The position numbers and the translations under genes were made by a program. Below, piece by piece: positions 7,650 to 17,603 of a stretch of DNA of 55,119 bases. The stretch covers positions 1 through 55,119 of IMG/VR virus record IMGVR_UViG_3300013120_000254. One strand, written 5' to 3'. This stretch comes from a virus. Lineage: Duplodnaviria; Caudoviricetes. The number at the start of each line of letters is the position of its first letter. The stretch's first letter is position 1. The notes under the pieces were generated by a model. That model did no database searches. It had not been told where the DNA came from and saw only the letters and a program-made list of their open reading frames with translations.

Positions 7650-10037
7650 GTGCGTGCTGCTGATAGTAACGGGCGTCCAAGCGAACAGCAACGGAGCTTC
7701 GAGCAGCCTACCGTAGAAGAGGGCTCTGCGGGCTGGCTGGGCCAGATGCTGGATCAAGGGGCCCACTACGCGGGCCTTGAGCGGGTTTCTAGCCCCTTCA
7801 CGGAGGGCGGGTGGGTTCATGCGGCCCTGAAGGCCATCGGCGCGGCGGTGCGCCAGTGCCCCATGGGCTTCTACCGGGAAGACCCCCGGGAGGACTCCAA
7901 GGCCACGAAGGTCGACGACAACCACCCGCTCCATCAGCTCTTCCGGCGCCCGAACCCCTACATGACGGGGGCCAAGTTCTGGGAGGCCGGCGTCTACCAC
8001 CGCAAGCTGGACGGGGAAGACATCTGGTTCATGTATGACCGGAGTAAGCACCCGGTCAGGCTGACGGGGGGCAACGGCGGGCCCTACATCGACTACCCTG
8101 CCCTGATCACGCCAGCCCGCGGCTCGCATGTGGAGCTGAAGAGGGACAAGTACGGCTTCCCGGCCTGGTGGATCCTGCGGCCAACCGGGAAGAGCGGCGG
8201 CATCCGCATGAAGCCGCACCAGGCTCTGCAGTTCTCGGACTACGACCCCGACGTCCCGCTGCGTGGGCTGGGGGACGTTCAGGTCTTGATGCGGGATCTG
8301 GGCTTGGAGATGGGAGCCTACCGCTACCTGGCGGCGATGCTCCTGCACTCCGGCGACCCGGGTGGGGTGATCACCACCGAGAACGAGATGTCCGCGGACG
8401 AGGAGGAGCGGGCGGCCAACGAGGCCAGCGAGCGCTTCTCCCTCCCCAACGCCGGTCGCTGGCAGGTGGTCTCGGGCAAGGACATCAGGTACACGCCCAA
8501 CAAGTTCGGCCCGAAGGACATGCAGTTCCAGGAGATGCTGGGGTGGGTGCTGAACCGCACCTCGGCGATCTTGGGCGTGCCGAAGGAAGTCCTTGGGATG
8601 CTGGAGGAGGCCAGCTACTCCAATTTCCAGACCGCGGTCCGGCAGTTTTGGCTGGGTGGGAACGGCGTTCTCGCCTACATGGCCTCGGTCGAGGACGTGA
8701 TCAACACGCTCTTCCTGCCGCACCTGAAGGACAAGGAGGCGCGGACTCTGGTGGCGCGCTTTGATCTGTCCGCGGTAGAGGCGCTGCGAGACGACCGCAT
8801 CGACAAGCTGGAGGCGGCGCTCAAGCTCGCGCAGGGCAACGCTGGGCTCTCCTTCGACGACGCGGCCCTCATGGTTGGCTTGGATCCTGACCACACGCGG
8901 AGCGAGTACGGGTCGATCGCCTGGATGCCGCCCAACATCACCACCGCAGAGGCCGCCAAGGAGAAAGCCGACAACCCGCCCGATCCCGGCCTTGGCCAGG
9001 ACAACCCGCCCAACCCAGACAACGACTCCGGCGGCGATCCCCCGTTCCCGGGCTCCGCGGAAGGCGAAACGGAGGGCGAGGACCAAGCACGGGCGGCCCC
9101 GTCCACCAGGAACAGGGGTGACGCCGCGAACGCCACCCCTCCGGGGTCGCCTCCTCTCACCGCCGCGCAGCTCGCGCGACGGGAGTACTTCGCGGGCTAC
9201 GAGGAGCGAATCCTCTTGATAGGCGAGAAGGCCGTCAAACGGGCGGCCATGAGCTTCCTGCGGAAGTACGAGCTCGCGCAGGCCAAGCGCATCAAGGACT
9301 TCGCCGAGGGGCGGATGCCGGAGGCGGCAGCTGAGCCCAGCGTGAAGGTGGGCGAGGGCAGCCCGATCAGCACCATCGACATCGCGGCGGATCCTAACAC
9401 GCTGAACATCCTGCTGCTGTCGTACGTGGAGTGGGCGGAGAAGCTCGCCAAGGAGATGAAGGTGCCCCTCGCCGACGTCTTCGAGGCCGCCGCGGACGAC
9501 ATCGTGGCCGAGATCGGCGGCACCATCATCCCGCCGACCGACCCATGGGCGCTGGAGTACCTGAAGTCGCAACGCTTCCGTCTCGCCGAGGGCGTCAACT
9601 CGACGCTCGCGAAAGAGGTCAAGGCCGCCTTCATCGAGGTGTTCAAGGACGCGCCTTTCGACATCGCCACGCTGCAGGAGCACATCCGCAAGAAGCTCCC
9701 CGAGCTCCAGGGCGCCCTGCGCAAGGCCTTCCGCAACCGGGAGGCTCGCGCGTCGGCAATCGCCCGCACAGAAACAGGCCGAGCCTCCAACGGGGCGCGG
9801 TTTGAGCAAATGGACCGCGAAGGCGTCGAGCAACACCAGTGGGTGACGTCGGGGGATGCCTTCGTTCGCAAGAGCCCACCGAAAACGCACGATCATGTCG
9901 TGCTCGACGGCAGCGTGGTGAACCTGGGCGACTCGTTCAGGGACGCCTCCACTCTGCGTCACCCACACGACCCGGAAGGTCAGGCTGGCGACGTCATCAA
10001 CTGTCGCTGCGTGACGGCTCCAGTGGTGAAGGACTAG
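7650..10037 (+). CDS. HK97-family portal protein fused to MuF (head morphogenesis) domain
   Basis: HPLHQLFRRPNPYMTG, ILGVPKEVLG, ASYSN portal motifs; C-terminal IARTE...WVTSGD...HPHDP...INCRC MuF motifs. Confidence 0.9.
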   Translation: MRAADSNGRPSEQQRSFEQPTVEEGSAGWLGQMLDQGAHYAGLERVSSPFTEGGWVHAALKAIGAAVRQCPMGFYREDPREDSKATKVDDNHPLHQLFRRPNPYMTGAKFWEAGVYHRKLDGEDIWFMYDRSKHPVRLTGGNGGPYIDYPALITPARGSHVELKRDKYGFPAWWILRPTGKSGGIRMKPHQALQFSDYDPDVPLRGLGDVQVLMRDLGLEMGAYRYLAAMLLHSGDPGGVITTENEMSADEEERAANEASERFSLPNAGRWQVVSGKDIRYTPNKFGPKDMQFQEMLGWVLNRTSAILGVPKEVLGMLEEASYSNFQTAVRQFWLGGNGVLAYMASVEDVINTLFLPHLKDKEARTLVARFDLSAVEALRDDRIDKLEAALKLAQGNAGLSFDDAALMVGLDPDHTRSEYGSIAWMPPNITTAEAAKEKADNPPDPGLGQDNPPNPDNDSGGDPPFPGSAEGETEGEDQARAAPSTRNRGDAANATPPGSPPLTAAQLARREYFAGYEERILLIGEKAVKRAAMSFLRKYELAQAKRIKDFAEGRMPEAAAEPSVKVGEGSPISTIDIAADPNTLNILLLSYVEWAEKLAKEMKVPLADVFEAAADDIVAEIGGTIIPPTDPWALEYLKSQRFRLAEGVNSTLAKEVKAAFIEVFKDAPFDIATLQEHIRKKLPELQGALRKAFRNREARASAIARTETGRASNGARFEQMDREGVEQHQWVTSGDAFVRKSPPKTHDHVVLDGSVVNLGDSFRDASTLRHPHDPEGQAGDVINCRCVTAPVVKD

Positions 10038-10039
10038 AC

Positions 10040-11149
10040 ATGAACCTCCAGGAACGCGCGCAACGCATTCACTCCGGCCTCGCGGGCCCCGCCGACTTCG
10101 AGGGCCTCAGCCAGGACGACATCATTGCCATCAAGGGCGACCAGTCCGAGATGCACTTCCGATTCATCCCGTCCATTGCGGTCGTAGAGCGCGCGGCTGG
10201 GGAGGAAGAGGCTCGCCCGCAGTTCCGGCACGTCGCCTCGGATGAGTCGGTCGATGGAATGGGCGACATCATCTTGGTCGCCGGCTGGCAACTCGACCGC
10301 TTCCAGAAGAACCCGCAGCTTCTGTGGGCGCATGATCAGCGAGGCCTACCCATCGGCCAGGTGGATCGCGTCTGGAAGGGCAGAGCTGACGGCACCAAGG
10401 CGCTCCTAACCGAGAGCCATCTCCACCCGGGCGATCTCAATCCGCAAGCGGTCTTGATCGAGCGCATGATCGAGGCTGGGGCTCTGCGCGGCGTTAGCGT
10501 GGCCTTCCTCCCGAAGGCCATGCACTACCCCAAGGACGAGGAAGAGCGCAAGGAGATCGGTCTGGGCGAGTGGGGCGCGCTCATCAAGGAGCAGGAGCTG
10601 ATGGAGCTCTCCGTTGTGCCGATCCCCGCGAACGCCAACTCGCTGCAGCGCAAGTCTCTTGATGAGCGTGCCCAGCGCGTCTTCGAGAGCGCCAGGGATC
10701 AGGAGGTCGATCCTGAGCTGATCGAGCACGTCCGCGTGGCCCTCACGATGAGCGACGAGGAGCAGCAGGCCATCCGACGTCGGTACATCGTAGTGCCCGA
10801 TGTCAAGGAGGCCGTGGCTCGGCTGGTGGACGCGGTGGAGGAGCCGGAGCTGGCCGCACACGGGTCGATCCCCGTCGGCGCGGACTTGGCCGCTGACGTC
10901 TTGGGTAACCAGGAGCATCTGGTTCTCCCCCTCACGTCGACCCTGGACCCCGTGGCATCCAAGACCATCGACGCCCTGGAGCGCGCCAGCAAGGCGCTGA
11001 ACCGGGCGGCAGACAGAATCGAACGCCTCACCGAAGGCGCGGAGGTGGCGGCAGGGGGCGACGAGCCCACCGATGCCCCGACGACTCCCGACGGTGGTGA
11101 GGACTTCATGGCCGACGTCCTGGACGGATTGGCCGACGCACTCCAGTAA
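10040..11149 (+). CDS. HK97-type prohead protease with C-terminal extension
   Basis: ASDESVDGMGDII, NPQLLWAHD, PIG, VSVAF, ELMELSVVPIPAN. Confidence 0.85.
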   Translation: MNLQERAQRIHSGLAGPADFEGLSQDDIIAIKGDQSEMHFRFIPSIAVVERAAGEEEARPQFRHVASDESVDGMGDIILVAGWQLDRFQKNPQLLWAHDQRGLPIGQVDRVWKGRADGTKALLTESHLHPGDLNPQAVLIERMIEAGALRGVSVAFLPKAMHYPKDEEERKEIGLGEWGALIKEQELMELSVVPIPANANSLQRKSLDERAQRVFESARDQEVDPELIEHVRVALTMSDEEQQAIRRRYIVVPDVKEAVARLVDAVEEPELAAHGSIPVGADLAADVLGNQEHLVLPLTSTLDPVASKTIDALERASKALNRAADRIERLTEGAEVAAGGDEPTDAPTTPDGGEDFMADVLDGLADALQ

Positions 11150-11169
11150 GTCCCATCTTCACTAATCCC

Positions 11170-12450
11170 ATGGAAACAGACCCCACCGTCGCGGGAGAGC
11201 CGGACGGCCAGGAAAAGGCCAAGGCGATCCTGGAGCTCACAAACAAGCTCCAAGACATCATCAACACGCGCTTCGACGAGCGCGACAACGACACGGCCGA
11301 GAAGCTCGCGAGGCAGATCCGCGAGTCCCTCCCGGACGCCATCAAGGCCCTCGCCGAAGAGAATCCGGACTTCCGAGTCCCCGGCCTCGGGGAAGAGAAG
11401 GACAAGGAGTTCTCCTTCGCCAAGGCGGCCTACGCCATCGCCAACAAGAACTGGGCCAACGCTGGTTACGAGAAGGAGTGCTTTGACGAGATGGATGCGC
11501 GGTTCGGCAACCACGTCGCCCGCGCCAAGGCACTCAACACCGGCCACGTTGCCACCCCGGACGCCCACGAGGGCCAGTACCTGGTCCCCGAGCAGCACCT
11601 GAACGAGATCATCGACCTGCTCTACGCGGACTCGGTGGTCTTCCAGTCGGGCGCCCGCTCGATGCCTGGCCAGTTCGGAGAGATCACCATCCCGGTGCTG
11701 CTCTCCAGCGCGTCGGCCGCCTGGTACTACGAGGGCGTCTCCATCACGGAGAGCGAACCCTCGTTCGGGGAGCACACCATGCGCCCGCGCCAGCTGATGG
11801 CGATGGTCCGCGTGGGCAACATGCTGCTCACCAACTCGCGACCGACTGCTGAGCAGATCATCCGCGACAACCTGGCCGAGCAATTCCGTATCGCTCTCGA
11901 CACGGCCGTCCTGGAGGGCAGTGGCGTTGGCGCAGAGCCGACCGGCCTCGTCAATGCGACGCCGCCCTTCACCGAAGAGGGGACCACGGCGTCGGTCACC
12001 ATGACCGCTGGCTGGACCTACGCCAAGGCCATGGAGTTCATCACCGACCTCGCCAACGAGAACGCCCTGCGCGGCTCTCTTGGCTGGGTGATGAACCCGA
12101 CCGAGTGGAGCCGCGCGATTCAGATGTCGTCCGGCACCTCCGGGGTGGACGTCAACCGCATCGTCGTCCAGGACGGCGCCGCGACCTCGCTGCTCGGCTA
12201 CCCGCTGCGCACCACCACGATCCTGGCCCACAGCGGCGCCTCGTCTGGGGCCATGGACGACACGGTCATCTTCGGCGACTGGCGACAGGTTCGCGTCCCC
12301 TTCTGGAAGACTCTGGAAATGCGCGCCAGCGACGTCGCCGGCACCGCGTTCGCCCAGAACCAGACCCTGGTCCGCGGAATTCTCTACGCCGACGTCTCCT
12401 TCGATCACCTGCAGTCGTTCTCCATCGGCAGCACGCAGTACGTGATCTGA
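11170..12450 (+). CDS. major capsid protein (HK97 fold)
   Basis: GQYLVPE, EPTGLVN, WVMNP, LLGYPLRTT, IFGDW, AFAQNQTLVRG; follows protease. Confidence 0.9.
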   Translation: METDPTVAGEPDGQEKAKAILELTNKLQDIINTRFDERDNDTAEKLARQIRESLPDAIKALAEENPDFRVPGLGEEKDKEFSFAKAAYAIANKNWANAGYEKECFDEMDARFGNHVARAKALNTGHVATPDAHEGQYLVPEQHLNEIIDLLYADSVVFQSGARSMPGQFGEITIPVLLSSASAAWYYEGVSITESEPSFGEHTMRPRQLMAMVRVGNMLLTNSRPTAEQIIRDNLAEQFRIALDTAVLEGSGVGAEPTGLVNATPPFTEEGTTASVTMTAGWTYAKAMEFITDLANENALRGSLGWVMNPTEWSRAIQMSSGTSGVDVNRIVVQDGAATSLLGYPLRTTTILAHSGASSGAMDDTVIFGDWRQVRVPFWKTLEMRASDVAGTAFAQNQTLVRGILYADVSFDHLQSFSIGSTQYVI

Positions 12451-12463
12451 TCAACCAAGGGCT

Positions 12464-12491
12464 CGCCCGCGGGCGGAGGCTCCCGCGGGCG
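12464..12491 (+). terminator. GC-rich hairpin after capsid gene (no U-tract)
   Basis: CGCCCGCGGG-N8-CCCGCGGGCG perfect 10-bp stem. Confidence 0.4.
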
Positions 12492-12526
12492 GCCAACAAC
12501 TCTCCAACCCACCGAAAGAACAGCCC

Positions 12527-12988
12527 ATGGCGAAGCGCGAAACATCAATCGAGAACATGAAGGGCCCGTACCGCGTCAAGCGCGCGAAGGCTCTCCGATG
12601 GCCCAGGTGGCTGGCTGTGGCCCACTACGGGGTCGTGCGAGGCCAGGAGGGTTACGTGGTGGACCTGGACCTGCCATACGAGCAGATCCTGTGCCGCAAC
12701 CAAGCTCAGGCCCTAGAGCCCGCCCCGGGCGCATCGCCCAGCCCTATCGAACACCGCCCAGCCCTGGTCTGGCTGCGCAACAACGGCTACATGGATCCGC
12801 GCGAGACCATGGGCAAGGTGCGCGTGAAGGACGCCGTGGCAGATCGCGAAAAGCTGGCCGGGAAGGACAAGACGTCCGACTTGCCAGGTCTCGATCAACC
12901 ACCCGGCGGAGCGAAGCCCAGGAAGTCCAAGACCCTACAGGAGGCCGATGATGCCGTGGAAGGTCAGGCAGGTAGTCCTAAGTCGTGA
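12527..12988 (+). CDS. hypothetical protein (head module)
   Basis: 153-aa ORF after capsid with C/A-rich leader. Confidence 0.65.
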   Translation: MAKRETSIENMKGPYRVKRAKALRWPRWLAVAHYGVVRGQEGYVVDLDLPYEQILCRNQAQALEPAPGASPSPIEHRPALVWLRNNGYMDPRETMGKVRVKDAVADREKLAGKDKTSDLPGLDQPPGGAKPRKSKTLQEADDAVEGQAGSPKS

Positions 12989-13202
12989 CGGAACGATCTA
13001 CGCCCCCAAGGGCACGATCCTCCCCGACGACGACCCGATCGCGCTGGCGAACCCCACCAAGGTCGTGGCCGTGAAGGCTGCTGACGACATCGACATCGTT
13101 GTCCATGACGTCGAAGTGCAAACCGAGCCGCCCCCCGTCGAGGACGAGCCGGAGGAGCTTGAACCCCCCGAAGAGGACGACACTCCCGACTTCATCGTCT
13201 GA
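12948..13202 (+). CDS. small acidic-tailed hypothetical protein (head module)
   Basis: 84 aa, stop overlaps next ATG. Confidence 0.6.
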   Translation: MMPWKVRQVVLSRDGTIYAPKGTILPDDDPIALANPTKVVAVKAADDIDIVVHDVEVQTEPPPVEDEPEELEPPEEDDTPDFIV

Positions 13203-13807
13203 TGGTGAACCTCACGACCAAGGAGCGCGTGAAGCGCCGCATGGACATCAAGGGCGACACGCTCGACGAGCTGATCGACGAGCTGATCGCTGAGGTGACT
13301 GCGGACTTCGAGGACTTCCTTGGCCACCGACACATCTGGTCTCAGGAGCGAACCGAGGTGTACCGACTGCGCGCACATCAGCACACATTCTCGGTAGATG
13401 GCGCGCCGGTCTCCTCGGTGACCTCCCTGAAGTATCAGAGCCGCGATAGCGACTGGGCGAGCCTAGACGCGCTCGATGAGACCAACTATCGAATCGACAC
13501 GACCCTGGGGCAGGTGTACCTGCGCGGCAACACCCCCTTCTCTCCGGGCTTCGCGCAGATCGTCTACACGGGCGGCATGGTCACGCCCGGGACCGACGAC
13601 ACGGAATCCACGGCGGCCTTCATCGCGGCGCACCCTTCGCTGGCTGGCGCGGCCGATCAGCAGGTCGTAGAGATCCTGCGCCGCCGCAAGATGCCGACTG
13701 GCAGCACCCAGCTGGGCAAGGCGTCCAGCAGGCAGGCCGTGGAGCTCCACATGCTGGCCATCGTGAAACAGCGGCTGTCTCGGTACAGGCGCCGGAGGTG
13801 GTGCTGA
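13202..13807 (+). CDS. head-tail adaptor (gp6/gp15-like)
   Basis: LTTKERVK...D..IDELI, PVSSVTSLKY, IVYTGG, LSRYRR; position. Confidence 0.75.
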   Translation: MVNLTTKERVKRRMDIKGDTLDELIDELIAEVTADFEDFLGHRHIWSQERTEVYRLRAHQHTFSVDGAPVSSVTSLKYQSRDSDWASLDALDETNYRIDTTLGQVYLRGNTPFSPGFAQIVYTGGMVTPGTDDTESTAAFIAAHPSLAGAADQQVVEILRRRKMPTGSTQLGKASSRQAVELHMLAIVKQRLSRYRRRRWC

Positions 13808-14511
13808 TGGTGGGGCGTCGCAGGTCAGGCGTTGACCGCGCCAGTAGCGAGCGCGTGAAGAAGCGCGTCGCCGGATTCAAGCGTGGGCTCTTCTTGGAGA
13901 CCAAGAAGGCGCTGCGCAAGCACGGGCAACGCTGGTTCGCCCTGATGGCTCGCCAGTTCCGTGCCCCCTACACGCCCTACGGTCAGCCCAACAACAACCG
14001 CACGCTCCACAACCGCACCAACGCCCTGCGGGGGTCCCTGCGCCGCCGAGTGGTGGGCACGCAGCTGAACAACCTGGGCCTGAAGCTGACCAGCTCGTCG
14101 ATCTACGCGCCGATGCAGGAGTTCGGCGGTCGCATACGTCCGCGCCGCGCGAAGATGCTGGCGATCCCCGTGGGCGACGCGCTCTTCCCTGCTGGGGGTC
14201 GCAGGTACAGCAGCCCGCAACAGTTCCGCAACGACCCGGATGTCCGCTTCAAGAAGACCGACGACGGGAAGCTGTACCTCGTCCGCGACGTTCGCGGAGG
14301 CGGCCCGACCGGGCTGCGCGCCACGGGCAGGGAGTATCTATTCGCCCTCCGGAAGGAAGTTGACATCCCCGGCCCCATGTCCAGGAAGCGCAAGATGCCC
14401 TCGCGTCTCGGCTTCCGTGAGAACGCGATAGGACAGCGCCCGCGGCGCAGGCTGATGATCGGCCTCGCCAAAGGGGTGCGCAACGCGATCAAAGCGCAGG
14501 TGGCTGGCTGA
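13807..14511 (+). CDS. basic neck/tail-completion protein (virion morphogenesis family)
   Basis: RTNALRGSL and IYAPMQEFGG motifs; Arg/Lys rich. Confidence 0.7.
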   Translation: MVGRRRSGVDRASSERVKKRVAGFKRGLFLETKKALRKHGQRWFALMARQFRAPYTPYGQPNNNRTLHNRTNALRGSLRRRVVGTQLNNLGLKLTSSSIYAPMQEFGGRIRPRRAKMLAIPVGDALFPAGGRRYSSPQQFRNDPDVRFKKTDDGKLYLVRDVRGGGPTGLRATGREYLFALRKEVDIPGPMSRKRKMPSRLGFRENAIGQRPRRRLMIGLAKGVRNAIKAQVAG

Positions 14512-14876
14512 TGGCTACCGAGCAGTTCCGCATCGACTACAAGGGGCTCTGCCCGGAGTTCGATCACGGCGAGGAGGTCATCCTTGCCGGCGTCGGCGAG
14601 CGGATAGATTCCCGCGTCGTCTTCGGCCGCAAGATTGCGCCCGTTGAGGTGCGTCGCTTCGAGATGGAGTGGGAGAACGCCACCCAGGGCCAGGTCTTCC
14701 TGGTCGATCAGCTCTTCGACACGCTGGGCAAGACCGGCGTGATGGACATGATCCCGGTCGATGAATCGTCCGTGATCGAGGTGCGCTTCGCCAGCGACAT
14801 CGAGGTGGAGCAGACCGGCGCGTTGACTCACCGTATGCGGTTCACGCTGGAGGAGGCCATCGGGTGCCTAGTCTAG
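14511..14876 (+). CDS. lambda gpM/distal-tail-like small protein
   Basis: RRFEMEWENAT...VRFASD...FTLEEAI aligns by eye with internal domain of 22240-26523. Confidence 0.5.
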   Translation: MATEQFRIDYKGLCPEFDHGEEVILAGVGERIDSRVVFGRKIAPVEVRRFEMEWENATQGQVFLVDQLFDTLGKTGVMDMIPVDESSVIEVRFASDIEVEQTGALTHRMRFTLEEAIGCLV

Positions 14877-15349
14877 GTGATACGGTCGAGACCCAGGTCG
14901 TGAACCATGTCGTAACGACGCTGGAGTCCATCCACTCGGCTTCCGGGGACTACAACAGCGACCCGGAGCGCGTCTACGAGATGTACGGCAACGTGCTGGA
15001 GCTTGAGGAGCTCCCGGCGATCGTGGTGGCGCCCATGGAGTCGCCGCGCGACACGGAATGCCCCAACGGCGTCTACCGCGTCAACCTCAAGCTCTCGATC
15101 GCGTGCGTTCTCACTGTGGACCCCTCCTTTGACACGGCGAAGGACGACCGGGTGCGCATCACCCACATGGCCAACGATGTCGAGAAGGCGCTCAGGGGCG
15201 ACTGCACCCGCGGCAGCCTGGCGCTTGACACTCGCATTGATTCCGTAGACATCTTCGAGCTCGTCCAGGGAACGCCCCTGGGAGTGGCCGAAGTGTCCGT
15301 CACCATCCCGTTCCGGCATCTTGCCGCGGACCCAACCCAAGCCACCTGA
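14864..15349 (+). CDS. tail terminator-like protein
   Basis: acidic 161 aa, ELPAIVV, DVEKAL..D.TRGSLALDT; directly before tail tube. Confidence 0.65.
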   Translation: MPSLGDTVETQVVNHVVTTLESIHSASGDYNSDPERVYEMYGNVLELEELPAIVVAPMESPRDTECPNGVYRVNLKLSIACVLTVDPSFDTAKDDRVRITHMANDVEKALRGDCTRGSLALDTRIDSVDIFELVQGTPLGVAEVSVTIPFRHLAADPTQAT

Positions 15350-15358
15350 TCTGAACCA

Positions 15359-16825
15359 ATGGCATCCAAGCGACTCTTCCAACTCCTCATGGCGGTGGAG
15401 GATCAGCCGGGGGTGTACGTCGGGACGTCCACGCTAAACGCCGTCGCGAACGCGAAGGTGCTGGTGACGGACCCCCAGGCGGGCATCGAACGGTCAACCT
15501 ACACCCGCGAGATCAACCGGGCGTCCTTCACGCCCTTCACGCCCATCGAAGGAACCGCCGAGGGCACTATCACCGGCCGCGTCGAGCTGGCCGGCACCAA
15601 CGCCTACGCAGTGGGCACGCCGGCCGCCCCCGACTGGGACCTGCTCCTGCAGGCGTGCGGCTTCAAGTCGCGGCAGATGGGCGTCGGCACGCTTACGGGC
15701 ACGCCGTCCGGTCCGCATGACGCTTTCTTCTCGGCGGAGACTGTCAGCGATGCGGACTCCGACAGCGCCGAAGTCGTGCATGACTCCTGGAACGGGGCTA
15801 CGAAGCTGTACTACGCGGACCCCACCGGGACGCTGAATACGAGCTTCTCCGGTGGCACGTCAGGCGAAGACCAGACAATCAGCGGCGTGAACGATGACGC
15901 CGGCTGGTGCTGGACTCCCACCTCGCGGCCGGTGGTCACGCTGACTTTCTCGGCATCGCGCAGCCTCGTGGCGGGGGACATCCTGGTGGGGGACGACGGC
16001 GATACCGTGGTCCAGGTCATCTCGACGGCGTCCAGCACGACCCACGACGTTTACTGGCTGGACCCTGGCGACTTCCTGACGGCCGGCGAGGTTCTGACCA
16101 ACCTCGGAACCGGCGACACCAGCAACACTCTGGCTGGCGCCAGCTTCGTTGAGCAGAAGTACTTTCCGTCGCTTTCCATCGCGGTCATCGAGGACGGTGT
16201 CTTCCGGGCCATCAAAGGCGCCCGGGGCTCGGTCAACTTTTCCGCGAACCTCGGCGAGCCGATGTTCATGGACTTCACGTTCCGCGGCCTGATTGCGGCT
16301 ATCACAGACGGCGCCCTCGCGGGCACTCCGACGCCCACGGCTCTCGTTCCGCCGAGCTTCCTCAACATCAGCTACGGCGTGGCTGAGGATGATCCGGCGG
16401 TGGAGCCGAGCGCGATGCACGTTCCGTGCCTCAACTCGTGGTCTTGCAACTTCGAGAACACTCTGGCCCTGGAGAAGTGCGCGGCGTCCACGGACGGCGT
16501 GCGCGGCGCCGCCATCATCGGTGGCCGCGCCGTGACCGGCTCCCTGGACCCGAGCGTACGCCCGGAGTCGCAGTTCCCCTTCCTGCAGAACTTCCGGGAC
16601 GGCACAACCTTCCGGCAGCGTCTGACGATCGGCTCCACCGCCGAAAACTCATTCCACATCTCGGTCCCGGCGTCGCAGATCACCTCTGAAGGCGGAGGCG
16701 ACCGCGACGGCGTGGCAACCCGCGACTTGCAGTACTCCGCTTCCGGCAAGGCGCCCAACGGCTCCGACCTGGAGGACCGCGAGTTCGTGCTGTCGCTTCA
16801 CCAGGTCGCCGTCTACACCGACTAG
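15359..16825 (+). CDS. major tail tube protein with inserted small beta domains
   Basis: LLLQACG, GARGSVNF, MDFTFRG, GRAVTGSLDP, DRDG; position before chaperone and tape measure. Confidence 0.8.
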   Translation: MASKRLFQLLMAVEDQPGVYVGTSTLNAVANAKVLVTDPQAGIERSTYTREINRASFTPFTPIEGTAEGTITGRVELAGTNAYAVGTPAAPDWDLLLQACGFKSRQMGVGTLTGTPSGPHDAFFSAETVSDADSDSAEVVHDSWNGATKLYYADPTGTLNTSFSGGTSGEDQTISGVNDDAGWCWTPTSRPVVTLTFSASRSLVAGDILVGDDGDTVVQVISTASSTTHDVYWLDPGDFLTAGEVLTNLGTGDTSNTLAGASFVEQKYFPSLSIAVIEDGVFRAIKGARGSVNFSANLGEPMFMDFTFRGLIAAITDGALAGTPTPTALVPPSFLNISYGVAEDDPAVEPSAMHVPCLNSWSCNFENTLALEKCAASTDGVRGAAIIGGRAVTGSLDPSVRPESQFPFLQNFRDGTTFRQRLTIGSTAENSFHISVPASQITSEGGGDRDGVATRDLQYSASGKAPNGSDLEDREFVLSLHQVAVYTD

Positions 16826-16854
16826 GCAACCACTGACGACGAAGGCAACGTCAC

Positions 16855-17226
16855 ATGATCACAATCTCTCTCGGGGACACCATCCGATACGTCCCCGAAG
16901 ACCAAGACGGCGACAACCCCACCGTCTTCCTCCTGACCCCTCTCACCTTGCAAGAGGAGACCGAGCTTCTGGACAAGGTCCGCGGCGGAGAAGCCTCGGC
17001 CGACCACCGGGACATCAACCAGGTCTTCCGGGACAAGGTGAAGGGTTGGGAGAACCTGAAGGACGAGAACGGCGCTGACGTGCCGCATCCCGGCAACCCC
17101 CTCCCCGACAACTTCGTGGTCGGCGTCTCGCTGGCCATCCGCGGGGGGGTGTTCAGCGCGCTGCTCGCCCAGGCCGGGATGAAGGCCGACGATGATGTGG
17201 GAAAGTCCGAATCGCAGCCTTCCTAG
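16855..17226 (+). CDS. tail assembly chaperone (gpG-like)
   Basis: VKGWENLKDENG motif; slippery site near 3' end. Confidence 0.8.
   Translation: MITISLGDTIRYVPEDQDGDNPTVFLLTPLTLQEETELLDKVRGGEASADHRDINQVFRDKVKGWENLKDENGADVPHPGNPLPDNFVVGVSLAIRGGVFSALLAQAGMKADDDVGKSESQPS
17199..17205 (+). other. programmed -1 ribosomal frameshift site G GGA AAG
   Basis: same heptamer as lambda G/T, in correct codon phase; -1 frame open to 17603. Confidence 0.85.
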
Positions 17227-17603
17227 CGTTCAGCCGGGAAGCGCCGCGCTGTACCGGGTGTCGCGAGGACGACCGGGCACGCGCGTTCAACGGCTGCGAG
17301 GAGGACGCTCCCACGCCGGTCTTCGGCATCACTTGCCCCACCTGCGAGGGGGTCAGGTTTGATGCGGATGATCAGCCGTGTCCAGACTGCGAAGGCAAGG
17401 GCGACCGCATGTATAAGCGGTGCCCGGCCTCGCAGGTGGACCGTTCCGCAGCGCGCCTGGTCATGGCGTGGGGCGACTACCAGAACGGGCACCTTCCAGA
17501 GCGAGGAGGCACATACAGCCAATCCGCGTGCTTCATGCACGCCTTGAGCGTTCTGGCCGCCGAGAAGGCGGCGATCGACAAGCTAGAGAACCCCCGGCGT
17601 TAG
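17199..17603 (+). CDS. frameshifted C-terminal part of gpGT-like chaperone, Cys-rich
   Basis: -1 frame reads GKVRIAAFLAFSREAPRCTGCRE...CPTCEG...CPDCEGKG...GHLPERGG; stop abuts tape measure ATG. Confidence 0.75.
   Translation, partial: GKVRIAAFLAFSREAPRCTGCREDDRARAFNGCEEDAPTPVFGITCPTCEGVRFDADDQPCPDCEGKGDRMYKRCPASQVDRSAARLVMAWGDYQNGHLPERGGTYSQSACFMHALSVLAAEKAAIDKLENPRR

Noticed and set aside
7623-9968. 781-aa antisense ORF (also 10699-12408, 18663-20333, 31066-33417 and similar)
   Set aside because: Mirror ORFs opposite well-supported genes, expected from high third-position GC; no motifs
9839-10039. Extended ORF-track starts (also 221, 463, 1254, 1808, 4049, 4567, 38962, 39756, 52499)
   Set aside because: Extensions overlap upstream genes; downstream coupled starts fit motifs better
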